DNA of 61,184 nucleotides, the filler included, from a bacterium (GTDB taxonomy: Bacteria; UBP15; UBA6099; JAJRTR01), in the NCBI GenBank assembly GCA_024278215.1. It is 3 parts of 3 records of this genome, joined end to end, with 100 filler letters (N's around TTAATTAATTAA, not from the genome) between each part and the next. Parts side by side here need not be neighbours in the genome. Positions count along the whole stretch, not along the records: positions 25,040 to 54,241 come from JAJRTR010000200.1; 2 more parts are not named here. One strand, 5' to 3'. Shown here piece after piece: positions 30,782 to 40,670 of this stretch (within the stretch, counting starts at the first letter, position 1; each line of letters opens with the position of its first letter). Below the pieces are notes generated by a model that was given only the letters and a program-made list of their open reading frames with translations, did not search any database and was not told the origin of the DNA. Made by a program: the position numbers and the translations under genes.

Positions 30782-31979
30782 AGAAGCGCAAAAAATAATA
30801 ATTGATTCAGTGCAGGCTGTCGGGCAGGAAGAAGTGTCGCTCGAAGAAGCGCCGGGCCGTGTTCTTGCCGAAGACGCCGCGGCGGATGCGGACATTCCCG
30901 TGTGTGACAATTCGACAATGGACGGTTTTGCTGTCAGGCGCGAGGATGTAAAAAACGCGAAGCCCGGATGTCCCGTGCGTCTCGAGGTTGTCGAGACGAT
31001 AGCAGCAGGCCACCTGCCTGAAAAGCAAGTCGGGCGTGGCCGGGCAAGCCGCATAATGACCGGCGCTGTCATTCCGACCGGAGCCGACGCTGTCGTCATG
31101 TTTGAAGATACAGAGAATGACGGCGAGACTCATGTGTTGATAAGAAAACCTGTTGGTAACAGGTCGAATATAAGAAAAGCCGGAGAAGACGTGAAGAAGG
31201 GAAGCATCGTGCTTTCGGCAGGCCGTCTTCTGAAACCTGCTGATATCGGCATATTGGCTGCATCAGGTCATCCATCCGTTCATGTTTCCCGCCGCCCTGT
31301 CATTGGGATCATTTCCACAGGCGACGAGATCATCGCCCCCGATCAGCCGCTGGTCAAAGGCCGGGTGCGCAACAGCAACAGTTTCGCGCTCTACACGAAG
31401 TGCATCGCCGCAGGCACGGTTCCGCGAAGGCTCGGCATTGTTCGAGACAGCCGCGAAGACCTCGAAAAAGTATTGTCCGATGCTGCCGCGGAATGCGACA
31501 TAGTACTTACCACAGGCGGCGTTTCCATGGGTAAGTTCGACAGGGTGAGAGATACTGTCGAGACGCTGGGAAACATCATATTCCGGGGAGTGCGTATAAA
31601 GCCGGGAAAACCGCTGGTGTTCGGGGAAATATGCGGAACTCCGATATTCGGACTTCCCGGCAATCCGGCGGCTGCTATGGTTGATTATGAACTTTTTGTA
31701 AGACCCGCACTGATGAAAATGGTCGGAGCGAAACAGATATTCAGGCCGCTTTACATCGGTGTTCTTGATCATGATCTTAAGATTCGCAAAAGCGGTTTCG
31801 TTCATGCACTGCATGCAACGGCAACCATAAAAAAGGACGGGTATCACCTGTCCACAGCATATAAGAAGAGCCCGGGAATGCTAAGCGGCATGGTTATTGC
31901 AAACTGCCTCGCAATTGCAGATGACATGCCGAAGCAACTGCGAAGAGGCGATCTGCTGGAATTCTTCTTCGTTGATTGA
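30768..31979 (+). CDS. moeA: molybdopterin molybdotransferase
   Basis: STMDGFA, IMTGA, STGDE, TTGGVSMG, KPGKP, LPGNP. Confidence 0.93.
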   Translation: MIEYEEAQKIIIDSVQAVGQEEVSLEEAPGRVLAEDAAADADIPVCDNSTMDGFAVRREDVKNAKPGCPVRLEVVETIAAGHLPEKQVGRGRASRIMTGAVIPTGADAVVMFEDTENDGETHVLIRKPVGNRSNIRKAGEDVKKGSIVLSAGRLLKPADIGILAASGHPSVHVSRRPVIGIISTGDEIIAPDQPLVKGRVRNSNSFALYTKCIAAGTVPRRLGIVRDSREDLEKVLSDAAAECDIVLTTGGVSMGKFDRVRDTVETLGNIIFRGVRIKPGKPLVFGEICGTPIFGLPGNPAAAMVDYELFVRPALMKMVGAKQIFRPLYIGVLDHDLKIRKSGFVHALHATATIKKDGYHLSTAYKKSPGMLSGMVIANCLAIADDMPKQLRRGDLLEFFFVD

Positions 31980-32175
31980 ACAACCCTGCGGCAGAATTAT
32001 ACGTTTTGTCATTTATCCGTACCGGCGGCAGAGGATAAAAAAACTTTTCATCATGATTTTACAATTGGCTCAATACAATAATATTTTTACAAAGTCAAAA
32101 AGGTGCATGTCGCCGGCTCCAGTTCTGCCTGAGCGGTTTTATCACAACGATTCCCCTGGCAGTGATATGCGAGAG

Positions 32176-33477
32176 TTAACGCTTGTATGGCGCTGAGTTC
32201 ATGGACCGCGGTTTCCGGCGATACCCACCTTTGCCACGACCGTGAGAGGGTCGTTGACGGCTTGAGCCATATTGCTGCTTCGTCGCTCTCTTCCGGATAT
32301 TGGGTTCAAGGTCCGTGGGTGGAGGCGTTTTGTATGTTGAGCGGTATGGGTAATCAGACTGCACGACCGGAATCCACTTCTGCATAAGGCGCTCTATGGC
32401 AGGCAGATATTTCCGTTCGGTTTCGTCGCAGAACGAAATGGCGATACCCTCCATACCGGCACGACCGGTGCGTCCGATACGATGCACATAGCTTTCGGGC
32501 TCGTTAGGCAGATCGAAGTTGATCACATGTGATACATTGTCCACATCAATGCCGCGCGATGCGATATCCGTAGCGACGAGAACACGGCAACGACCGCGCT
32601 TGAAATCGGTCAGGGCGCGTGTGCGCGCATTCTGTGATTTGTTGCCGTGTATGGCGGCGGCCCTGATTCGGGCTCGAAGCAGTTTCTTGCACACTTTATC
32701 CGCTCCGTACTTGGTGCGGGTGAATATGAGCACACGGTCCATACCGGCATCCTTCAACAGGTGTATGAGCAAATTGATCTTGTCGGCTTTTTCCACGAAG
32801 TATAGATTCTGCTCGATGAGGTCCACAGTAGAAGCCGGGGGGTCTACAGCCACGGAGACAGGGTCGGTTAATATGGAGTCGGCCAGGTTGCGTATTTCAG
32901 CGGGCAGTGTTGCTGAAAAGAGAAGTGTCTGCCGATTGCGGGGCAACACTTTTACGATGCGGCGCACATCATGGATAAAGCCCATGTCAAGCATACGGTC
33001 GGCTTCGTCGAGCACAAACACTTCGAGAGCATCGTAGCGGATGAAACCCTGATTGGTGAGGTCGATGAGCCTTCCCGGCGTGGCCACGAGAATATCCACG
33101 CCGCGTCGAAGCGAGTCGGTCTGCGAACCCTGTTTGACGCCGCCGAATATGACTGCGCGGCGTATCCCTGTGTGCCTGCCATAGGATGCGAAGCTGTCGC
33201 CGATCTGTGAGGCCAGTTCGCGGGTGGGTGTCAGGACGAGTACACGCACGGGACGTCGTCCCTTGTGAAATTGACGCCCGACACTCAGCCGCTGCAGGAT
33301 GGGCAGAGCGAAGGCCGCTGTCTTGCCCGTGCCGGTCTGAGCACAACCCAGCACGTCACGGCCCTCGAGCACGAGCGGTATTGCCTGTTCCTGGATAGGC
33401 GTGGGTTTTACATAGCCCTCGGTTGTAACCGCGCGAATCAGCTCGCCATTGAGTTTCAAATCTTTAAAATCTTGCAT
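32176..33477 (-). CDS. DEAD-box RNA helicase (RhlE-like)
   Basis: [29 protein letters not shown]; basic tail. Confidence 0.95.
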   Translation of the reverse strand: MQDFKDLKLNGELIRAVTTEGYVKPTPIQEQAIPLVLEGRDVLGCAQTGTGKTAAFALPILQRLSVGRQFHKGRRPVRVLVLTPTRELASQIGDSFASYGRHTGIRRAVIFGGVKQGSQTDSLRRGVDILVATPGRLIDLTNQGFIRYDALEVFVLDEADRMLDMGFIHDVRRIVKVLPRNRQTLLFSATLPAEIRNLADSILTDPVSVAVDPPASTVDLIEQNLYFVEKADKINLLIHLLKDAGMDRVLIFTRTKYGADKVCKKLLRARIRAAAIHGNKSQNARTRALTDFKRGRCRVLVATDIASRGIDVDNVSHVINFDLPNEPESYVHRIGRTGRAGMEGIAISFCDETERKYLPAIERLMQKWIPVVQSDYPYRSTYKTPPPTDLEPNIRKRATKQQYGSSRQRPSHGRGKGGYRRKPRSMNSAPYKR

Positions 33478-33854
33478 AATACTTCACACAGGAGACCGCT
33501 AAGCAGTCTCGTCCTTTATCTGAATTACCTGTACTCCGCAATATGACAGCTCACTCTTATGCCGCCGTCTTGCGCAGGTCCATCCGGGCGAACACACGTC
33601 CTTATTATGACGTTTGTTTACCGAACCGGATTTGCGGACTTTATTTATATCTGACAGTGGAGGAGTATCGAGAATTGTGAAGTGCTCGTACACACCGCTT
33701 CGTGCGATGTCCTGATACCTGATATAATTATTTCAACGATCCGCATTGGTTGTTATACGGCCCTGACCGTCTTCCTTTGTAAGCATAGCACGTCATAATG
33801 CAAATAACAGGGTTTGGCGAAAATCGGGTGTAACCTGCTCACGAAGGGTTCTGT

Positions 33855-33879
33855 CCCGCATTGGTAAAATACGCGGGAT
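33855..33879 (+). repeat. degenerate right end of repeat family B
   Basis: CCCGCATTGGTAAAATACGCGGGAT versus CCCGCATTTGTGAAATATGCGGGAT at 40621-40645. Confidence 0.55.
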
Positions 33880-33931
33880 GTAATTCTCACAAATCATCAA
33901 CAAGACGCACAAGTTAAGTTAAAATATTACT

Positions 33932-34747
33932 ATGAATAAAAACAATACCGACAGCGAAAAAAAATATTTCGCGGCAAGCCGCCATATCGACAATCATCTT
34001 GAAAATGTAATCAGGCTGATAACGTATGATGACGTTTCAATTCGAACGGCTGGAATAAAACAGGAGACATTGAGAGCATTCAGGAGAATGTGCGAATTGT
34101 ATCATTCTCTTATTACTCTTGATTCTGTCGAGCATTACGAGGCGACGACTGCACTTGCGGCGCTGCTTTACGAAAGGCACATGGATTTTGTGTTGCTTTC
34201 CGGCGATAAACGCGGCGAAATGGAAATGCGGTATCGTGAATTCATGAAACTTCAGAAATACAGGTCGGCGCACAGGATGGTGTCGTTCTATGACGAAAGC
34301 AAGGGGCGAACCGCGCTCGATGTTGAAACACAGAAGGAATACAAGCGCCTGTCGGGCGGCATCGAAGAGATAAGGAAAAGGGTGGCGGAAGTATGGGGAC
34401 CTGACAACAGAGGCAAATCGAGTTATCCCGTGCACTGGTCGGGCCGCAAGTGCACACGGGTTATATCGAGCGAATTGGGTGTCGAGTACGAGGAATTGTA
34501 TATCGAAGCCTATGCAGTCCTGAACTGGCTTCTGAGCAGCGGCCTGTACGAAAATCAGGAACTTCCGCGGGCGACCAAAGAAGGAATATGCGAATGGGCG
34601 CATTATGTCGGTCAATTGACAATGCTGGATGCTTATTCCAGGTTGATAAATATGTTTGATTCAATCGCAAAACCTGAATGGTTGGACGAAGTAGTGAATA
34701 AGTTGCGCAATCACCCCGGGAAAACATTGAATGATATTGATGTGTGA
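33932..34747 (+). CDS. hypothetical helical protein (DUF5677-like)
   Basis: 271-aa ORF; LLYER and HWSG segments resemble DUF5677 by eye. Confidence 0.6.
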   Translation: MNKNNTDSEKKYFAASRHIDNHLENVIRLITYDDVSIRTAGIKQETLRAFRRMCELYHSLITLDSVEHYEATTALAALLYERHMDFVLLSGDKRGEMEMRYREFMKLQKYRSAHRMVSFYDESKGRTALDVETQKEYKRLSGGIEEIRKRVAEVWGPDNRGKSSYPVHWSGRKCTRVISSELGVEYEELYIEAYAVLNWLLSSGLYENQELPRATKEGICEWAHYVGQLTMLDAYSRLINMFDSIAKPEWLDEVVNKLRNHPGKTLNDIDV

Positions 34748-34838
34748 AATCGCTCGTGATCCGGAGTTTATTACATGGACAAACTCAAAGGGCAAACAGC
34801 GTCCGGCTACAATCAGTTTGAATTAAGAGATGAACATT

Positions 34839-36047
34839 TTAAAAACGATCAAGTCCCCAGAAAATGAAATCACGCGGAGCAAGCAGGGTTTCAAATAATG
34901 GATTTAGTTCGGTATAATTTATTCCATGAAAGCCGGAAACACCGAGAAGCCGCATCACGAACTCAGATTGGTCGATTTCCTTTATTTCCAGCGTTTTGCA
35001 TTTATTGATGTTTATTATGGAAAGATTTCTATTTTGCCATTCGAGGGCGATGCTTCCACAACCTGAGATATTCAATCCATAACGGCCGTCTTCGATTGTA
35101 TGGTGGTGAGAGCGAAGGTCGTTTTCAAAAACATGCTCAAGTTTTTCAACAAGCTTGTTCAGATCAAGTATCTTTCCCATAATATCCCTGGTTATTGTTC
35201 TGCAACCGCCGAGCAGCGCGATTTTTACCGCAAGCGGATGAGTCTCCGGAAGATCTCCGGCAAGAGTTTTCAGTCTGCGCCGTCGCGTTTCGGCAAGTGC
35301 GGCACGCAGCAGATTCTTTGGTGCCTCGTCGTGTCCAGCAAGGTTGCGGCATTCATGTATCCACATGATTTTCGTTTTTTTGTCTTTTCTTATGAAACAA
35401 ACCGCAACCGGTCTGTCATCCTCGAAAGCTGTGAAGCATATATAATTTCTGATAAATACCCATTTCGGCAGGCTGTCGGCATAAGCTTTGTTTCTTGTGA
35501 AGCAGCCGGAGTATTTCATTTTGTTTGCTGCGCTGATCTCGCGCAGCAGTTCAAGTGAATAATTCAATGCAGTCCGTCTTACAGTGTACCTGTCAGGCAC
35601 CGGAAAAAGCGGAGTAGATGCGTCAAGCATATATTGTGGAACAGGGATCATTCGCCATCCATGCGCACCGTAGAAACTGTGTTTGTCCGAGCATAGAAGC
35701 GAGAAAAGGTATCCCTCCTTCTTCATATATTCGACAGCGTCCGCCAGCAGGTCGAGCCCGTATCCTTTTTTGCGGTGCGCTCTTTTTATGTGAACATCCG
35801 CGATTGCGCCAGTCGGTACCGGTACCCCGGCGATATTTATATACCGTTTTAATATATTCAGTCCGCCGACAATATTATCATCGACTATATAAAGTCGCGT
35901 ATTGCTCAATTTGAATCCCGGAGACTTCGTATTGATATAAAAGAAATCATTTTCACCAACCCCGAAGGCCTCCGCCGAGCTTTTTACCATAAGATCGAAT
36001 TCCGAACGTGACACGGCACTACGTATATATGTGTTGTTTCCTGTCAT
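34839..36047 (-). CDS. Eis-like GNAT acetyltransferase
   Basis: GAIADVHIKRAHRKKGYG motif A, FYGAHGW, ~400-aa length, ends in DRF. Confidence 0.82.
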   Translation of the reverse strand: MTGNNTYIRSAVSRSEFDLMVKSSAEAFGVGENDFFYINTKSPGFKLSNTRLYIVDDNIVGGLNILKRYINIAGVPVPTGAIADVHIKRAHRKKGYGLDLLADAVEYMKKEGYLFSLLCSDKHSFYGAHGWRMIPVPQYMLDASTPLFPVPDRYTVRRTALNYSLELLREISAANKMKYSGCFTRNKAYADSLPKWVFIRNYICFTAFEDDRPVAVCFIRKDKKTKIMWIHECRNLAGHDEAPKNLLRAALAETRRRRLKTLAGDLPETHPLAVKIALLGGCRTITRDIMGKILDLNKLVEKLEHVFENDLRSHHHTIEDGRYGLNISGCGSIALEWQNRNLSIININKCKTLEIKEIDQSEFVMRLLGVSGFHGINYTELNPLFETLLAPRDFIFWGLDRF

Positions 36048-36144
36048 CTAATTATCCTGTTCTTTTTCAAGTAGCTTTTCATTTCGGTTTATAATATCGA
36101 AAGGATTCTTCGGACTTCAGGCTGGTGCAATTTATTGTCGATAA

Positions 36145-37506
36145 TCAGTTATACCGCTTACGCACTTCCAGTCTCAGTCTTTTCCCGAGATTTTTCAATT
36201 CACCGAATTCCTCCGTTGTAATATTCGGATGCTGGAACATTATAATCGACGAATTCTGCAACAGGGGGTCCTTGTCCGGCGTATACCTGAATGTATTCAC
36301 GGCACGCTCGAAATCAGGTGTTCCCGGAATCGGCGAATACTCGGTAAGCACCGGCTCGACTCCGTTTCCCGCAGCTTCTCTAACGGCATTTTCTATATCC
36401 GCATAGTGCTGAGCCGGGTGTCCGCAAAGAATGTACGCGCCAAGGTCCGCACCTTTGAAACCTGCGTTCCTGAGTGTCAGCGCGGCACGCCGGAATGTGT
36501 CGGTGTCGACCTTGCCGCCGCTTTCAGACTGAAATCTCGCATCAGCAGACTCAAAACCAAGCCGTATATGCGTAAAATTATTCTTCTTCATCAGATATGC
36601 AATTTCCGGCGTAATGCTTCTCGCATGAACGGCATTCGGTATGTAGAAGTTTATCTTTATTCCGTCGGCATACAACTTTTGCATAACCGGCACAAAAACT
36701 TTTTCGGCATTCACGAGCAAAGCGTCATCTGCGAATGCGATATTCTTTGTCTTAAATATTTTATTAAGATTCGTCAGTTCGGCGACGACATCATCGGGGT
36801 TTCTCTGCTCGAAACGCGGAGCGAGCATCGACGAAACGCAATATGTACATTTAAAAGGGCAGCCTCTGCTGAACGAAACAGTCGAAGCCCCGTGGTCGCG
36901 ATTTAGGTCATGCGCAGGTATTGGAAATTCATTATATTGTCGCGGCACACTGATTCTACAGCCGGTAATGTCGTGGAGCAAATCCGCCGCTCTCTCATCG
37001 AACGGTCCCGTAAAAACCACATCAGCGCCGCTGTTGTTCTTCGCATGTCCCGAACATATTGTTGCGTATCTGCCGCCAAGAATTAAGGGGACATTCGGCC
37101 ACTTTTCTTTCGCGGTTGCGATCACATTGAAAACACCGGGATACCAGTATGTCATCGACGACGTGACGAGGATGACGTCAGGACGGTCGGTGGAGTCGAG
37201 CTGTGCCGCGAAGGAGGCTTCGGTGATTCCATACCTGCCGTAAAGACGGGGCGCGAAACTTAACGATTCCGGTTTGTCAATCAGTGTTTTGAGGAATCTG
37301 CCGGTTCCGTCCCGCCTTGACTTCAGACCCGCGGACACCTGCGATGGGTCAGTCCTGTCGAGACAATCTATAAGCTGTACATCGAAACCGGAATTGCGCA
37401 GAATCGCGCCAATATACAATAATGAAAGCGGCTTGAACCAGAAATCATAGGCCGCGAAATCCGTGATCCACGGATTCAACAAAAGTGCTCCGGGCTTTCC
37501 TTTCAT
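36145..37506 (-). CDS. B12-binding-domain radical SAM protein
   Basis: NPWITDFAAYDFW, MTYWYPG, SRGCPFKCTYC. Confidence 0.9.
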   Translation of the reverse strand: MKGKPGALLLNPWITDFAAYDFWFKPLSLLYIGAILRNSGFDVQLIDCLDRTDPSQVSAGLKSRRDGTGRFLKTLIDKPESLSFAPRLYGRYGITEASFAAQLDSTDRPDVILVTSSMTYWYPGVFNVIATAKEKWPNVPLILGGRYATICSGHAKNNSGADVVFTGPFDERAADLLHDITGCRISVPRQYNEFPIPAHDLNRDHGASTVSFSRGCPFKCTYCVSSMLAPRFEQRNPDDVVAELTNLNKIFKTKNIAFADDALLVNAEKVFVPVMQKLYADGIKINFYIPNAVHARSITPEIAYLMKKNNFTHIRLGFESADARFQSESGGKVDTDTFRRAALTLRNAGFKGADLGAYILCGHPAQHYADIENAVREAAGNGVEPVLTEYSPIPGTPDFERAVNTFRYTPDKDPLLQNSSIIMFQHPNITTEEFGELKNLGKRLRLEVRKRYN

Positions 37507-37749
37507 AAGCATATATATTACTATCCGTTTGAATGTATTTATACGTGATGCTGATTTATAATTTTCACAACGTCTCACTTTACCCCAATACCGTTTGCTT
37601 TAGCAACAATGATGCGCAAAAAAAGCCTGTATTTATCGCGAATATTGATACATACATCTTAACCCGGCATAGCCGGAACCAAAAAGGTCGCATTTTCGTG
37701 CCCAAATAAATGCGGTTTGAGCACGGCACACAGAGTTTCAATGTTCCCG

Positions 37750-38261
37750 CAGTCATGATTGTCGCCCGTGTGCTTGACCCGCGCTCGAAACTCACGACTG
37801 CTCAGGGTCTCGATACGGAAACCATGTGCAGCTCTCCTAGCGAGTTGTTGGATGTCGGTGAGTGTGATGAAGACGAATGGCACATGCGCCGGGCGCTCGC
37901 GCCCATCCTGTTCGACGACCGCACACCCGACGCCCCGGACGAACGCGCATCAGCAGTCGCGCCTGTGCAACTATCGTCCGCCGCCGCCCGCAAAGCCCGC
38001 ACAAAACGAACAGACGACAGCTATACAGTACAGAGCTTAAGGCAAGTGCTTACAAATCTCGGTACCATCACCATCCGATCTCGTACAAGCGAAAGTGGCC
38101 GGAGCCGAAACATTTTACAAAATAGCCCGTCCCACCAGCCGGCAGCAACGAGCACTGGACCTGCTCGGCATACGACTTCGTGTAATCGGACGTGCACATA
38201 AGAAAATACAAATATCCCGATAAACACTGGCTTTATTGAGTTTTATCATTGGAAAGTTCAG
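37750..38261 (+). pseudogene. internally deleted IS1634-family transposase remnant with right end
   Basis: MIVARVLDPRSKL...DEDE fused to WHMRRALAPILFDD...RKARTKRTDD; terminus GGAAAGTTCAG resembles the end at 25428-25438. Confidence 0.8.
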
Positions 38262-38269
38262 ATAAAGAA

Positions 38270-38297
38270 AAAAGCCGCTCCACTGGAGCGGCTTCCC
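38270..38297 (-). terminator. rho-independent terminator-like hairpin
   Basis: AAGCCGCTCCA-C-TGGAGCGGCTT with an A run on the left. Confidence 0.6.
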
Positions 38298-38494
38298 TCT
38301 AGGGTGTTGCAATCGGCAACACTAACTTCAACTCATTATATACATCGACACAAACCCCAATAAACTTTATACTAATTGAAAAATAAATTCATCTACGTTC
38401 GTAGACAGAATTTTATGGCGGAATATTACAAATCGAGACGCTATTTATGCTATTATTATGTATGGAGTTTTTCAGATAAAGGGGGTATCCCGCA

Positions 38495-38701
38495 ATGAGT
38501 GATGATTTTACAAAATATGATGCGATATTTGTCGAATCTATTGTCGAGGAGATAAACGAGATACTGGTGGAAAAATACAAGGACGAGGAAACCGTGCCGA
38601 TTCTCGGGGTTATAGAAAAAGACAAACTGCCTGAAGATTTTGCTATATGGCTGAAGATTTTTAAAACTGAAGACATCGAAGAAAAACTTGATTTTGACTG
38701 A
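38495..38701 (+). CDS. small acidic hypothetical protein (68 aa)
   Basis: GGGGGT RBS; protein-like composition. Confidence 0.6.
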   Translation: MSDDFTKYDAIFVESIVEEINEILVEKYKDEETVPILGVIEKDKLPEDFAIWLKIFKTEDIEEKLDFD

Positions 38702-38761
38702 TTATTCCGGCTTTTCTACAGCAATCGACACGGAATCAACGTTGTTGGAATTGGATATAAG

Positions 38762-39652
38762 ATGAGACTCAGACAAATTGCCGACAATATTTACTTTTTC
38801 CCCGGCGCTTTCTTTATGTTCTATGTTGTAAAAGGGAAAAAACGAACAGCGCTGCTTGAGCTTGGTATCAGCCAGCTTGTGCCGCAGGTGATGCACGACT
38901 TCAGGGAAAACTTCGATCATGCGGACGCGCCCGGCTTGCTGGTGGCGCTGCACGGGCATTTCGACCATGCAGGGTCTGCCGCGAGGTGGAAAAAGGAGCT
39001 GCCTGACGCAGAACTTGCAGGCGCGCAGGCGGCGGCGAACGCGCTGGGCAACCCGGATATGATGCCGGGCTACAGGAGATCGATGGAAGCTGCGTCAGCA
39101 AACCCGTTTTTCAAGGATATGTTTCCTGAATCTGAGGATGATGTTTTCCTTGAACCTGTGAAATTCGATACGATTTTGAAAGAGGGCGATACGATTGACC
39201 TCGGCGGAGAAGTCCTCGAAGTATTCGAGACGCCCGGACACTCGGAATGCAGCCTTTCGCTTTTTCACCCATCGAGCTCGACGTGTTTCGCCTCCGACGC
39301 CTGCGGGCTGCCACTGCCCAACGGGCGTATATGGCCAACGTCGTTTATCGACAAATCGCAATATCTGGATTCCATACGAAAACTGAAGGGGCTCGATGCG
39401 GAAAACCTGTGCATGGGGCACACTATGCCCTACAGGGGTGCACACAAGATAGGCCGACTGCTTGATAAAAACATCGAAGCGGTCTCTAATTTCTATGCGC
39501 TCACCGAGCGGTTATGGAATGAGACAGGTGACGAGAAACAGGTTCTCGATGCTCTTTACAAGGAATATGCAGGTGACGGATTGCCGGCTATCGGCTGGGT
39601 GGTAAAATACGGCAATAAGGTAATGGCCAGGCAGGTTATGAGAAAATCATGA
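38762..39652 (+). CDS. metallo-beta-lactamase-fold hydrolase
   Basis: HGHFDHAG, TPGHS, SDA, MGH. Confidence 0.9.
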   Translation: MRLRQIADNIYFFPGAFFMFYVVKGKKRTALLELGISQLVPQVMHDFRENFDHADAPGLLVALHGHFDHAGSAARWKKELPDAELAGAQAAANALGNPDMMPGYRRSMEAASANPFFKDMFPESEDDVFLEPVKFDTILKEGDTIDLGGEVLEVFETPGHSECSLSLFHPSSSTCFASDACGLPLPNGRIWPTSFIDKSQYLDSIRKLKGLDAENLCMGHTMPYRGAHKIGRLLDKNIEAVSNFYALTERLWNETGDEKQVLDALYKEYAGDGLPAIGWVVKYGNKVMARQVMRKS

Positions 39653-40176
39653 CACATAAGAAACATGACGGGCTGCTGTCGGGGAAAAAAAGAAAGATCA
39701 ACACGGGAAAGATTCTCAAAATCACCCTGGCCCTTGTCGTCATTATAGCAGTCCCGCTTGTTTACATGTTTTTTCTCAGCCCGGAGGCGCAGGTTAAAAG
39801 AGCTTTTTAGCGGGCGGTGTCCGCCTTCGAGCACATGGATACAGATGCGGTTCTCGACTGCATTTCCGATTCCTACGGCGACGAGGTCGGAAACACTAAA
39901 GATTCCATCGCCGCGGTTCTGCCGAAACTCTTCGCCATGTTCAAAGGGCTATTCGTCCACATCACAGAATTTGAGACAGTATTTCGCGAGGGCGACCTTG
40001 CAGTTGTTTCGGTAACAGGGGCAATAATATTCACGCAAAAAGATGACACGCGTATGAGAATCAAGCTCGACGAGCCGATGAAGGTTCATTTTAAGAAGGA
40101 GTCCGGCGGCTGGAAACTGATCGCCATCGAAAATCCCGGCGAAGACTTTTCAAATCTACCGAATATGATTCTCTGA
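39649..40176 (+). pseudogene. membrane-anchored NTF2/SnoaL-like protein interrupted by an in-frame TAG at 39808-39810
   Basis: ATG 39649 overlaps the MBL stop; reads MTHKKH...ILKITLALVVIIAVPLVYMFFLSPEAQVKRAF*RAVSAFEHMDTDAVLDCISDSY...FKKESGGWKL in one frame. Confidence 0.75.
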
Positions 40177-40294
40177 GTTTTCAATTTCACAACAACAACG
40201 AGCAAAAAGTTCAGTAACAGCGGAAATCAATCACACGAATACGAAATATGGCAATAAAAAGACCGTGATCTTCGAGATAGTATCTTGAAAAGAT

Positions 40295-40424
40295 ATAGTT
40301 GCGTTGTCGGCACAAAATTGTCCTCAACGCACTCCGCGAGTACGTCTGCGATGTTTTCGCGCCTTCGACTTGCTCTGAACAATTTCGCTTGCCATCGCTA
40401 CGAACATAATTTTGCAATTGACTA
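40295..40424 (-). mobile_element. degenerate partial family A element
   Basis: TGCGTTGTCGGCACAAAAT...GTACGTCTGCG...CGCTACGAACATAATTTTGCAATTGACT. Confidence 0.8.
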
Positions 40425-40468
40425 TATTGTTGCTAAAATAATGTGACTCATCGCAAAAAGAGCAATAG

Positions 40469-40643
40469 CCCGGATTTCTCACAAAGAAATCCGGAAAACC
40501 GTGAGAACCCCCATTCTACTGCGTTGCGGCGGCGATTCGGGATCGGTCACATACCGGCAGTATGCTCCCTCACCACTCACTTGCCGCGCCTTGTATTATG
40601 GGCATTCTTCCGGTTTTTCACCCGCATTTGTGAAATATGCGGG
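40469..40643 (+). mobile_element. family B MITE-like element (175 bp)
   Basis: Imperfect TIRs CCCGGATTTCTCACAAA / TTTGTGAAATATGCGGG (14 of 17); ATAG on both flanks; nested internal inverted segments. Confidence 0.75.
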
Positions 40644-40670
40644 ATAGAACATAATAAGGAGCAAGCAAAT

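Noticed and set aside
38699-38761. TGA followed by an open in-frame spacer into the MBL gene (selenocysteine fusion?)
   Set aside because: No SECIS-like hairpin or Cys-type context, and the MBL gene has its own plausible start.
40443-40670. N-terminal extensions in the ORF track (oxidoreductase from 40443, radical SAM from 50107, GH84 from 49155)
   Set aside because: They run through repeat, intergenic or neighbouring-gene DNA; downstream ATGs match the domain starts better.
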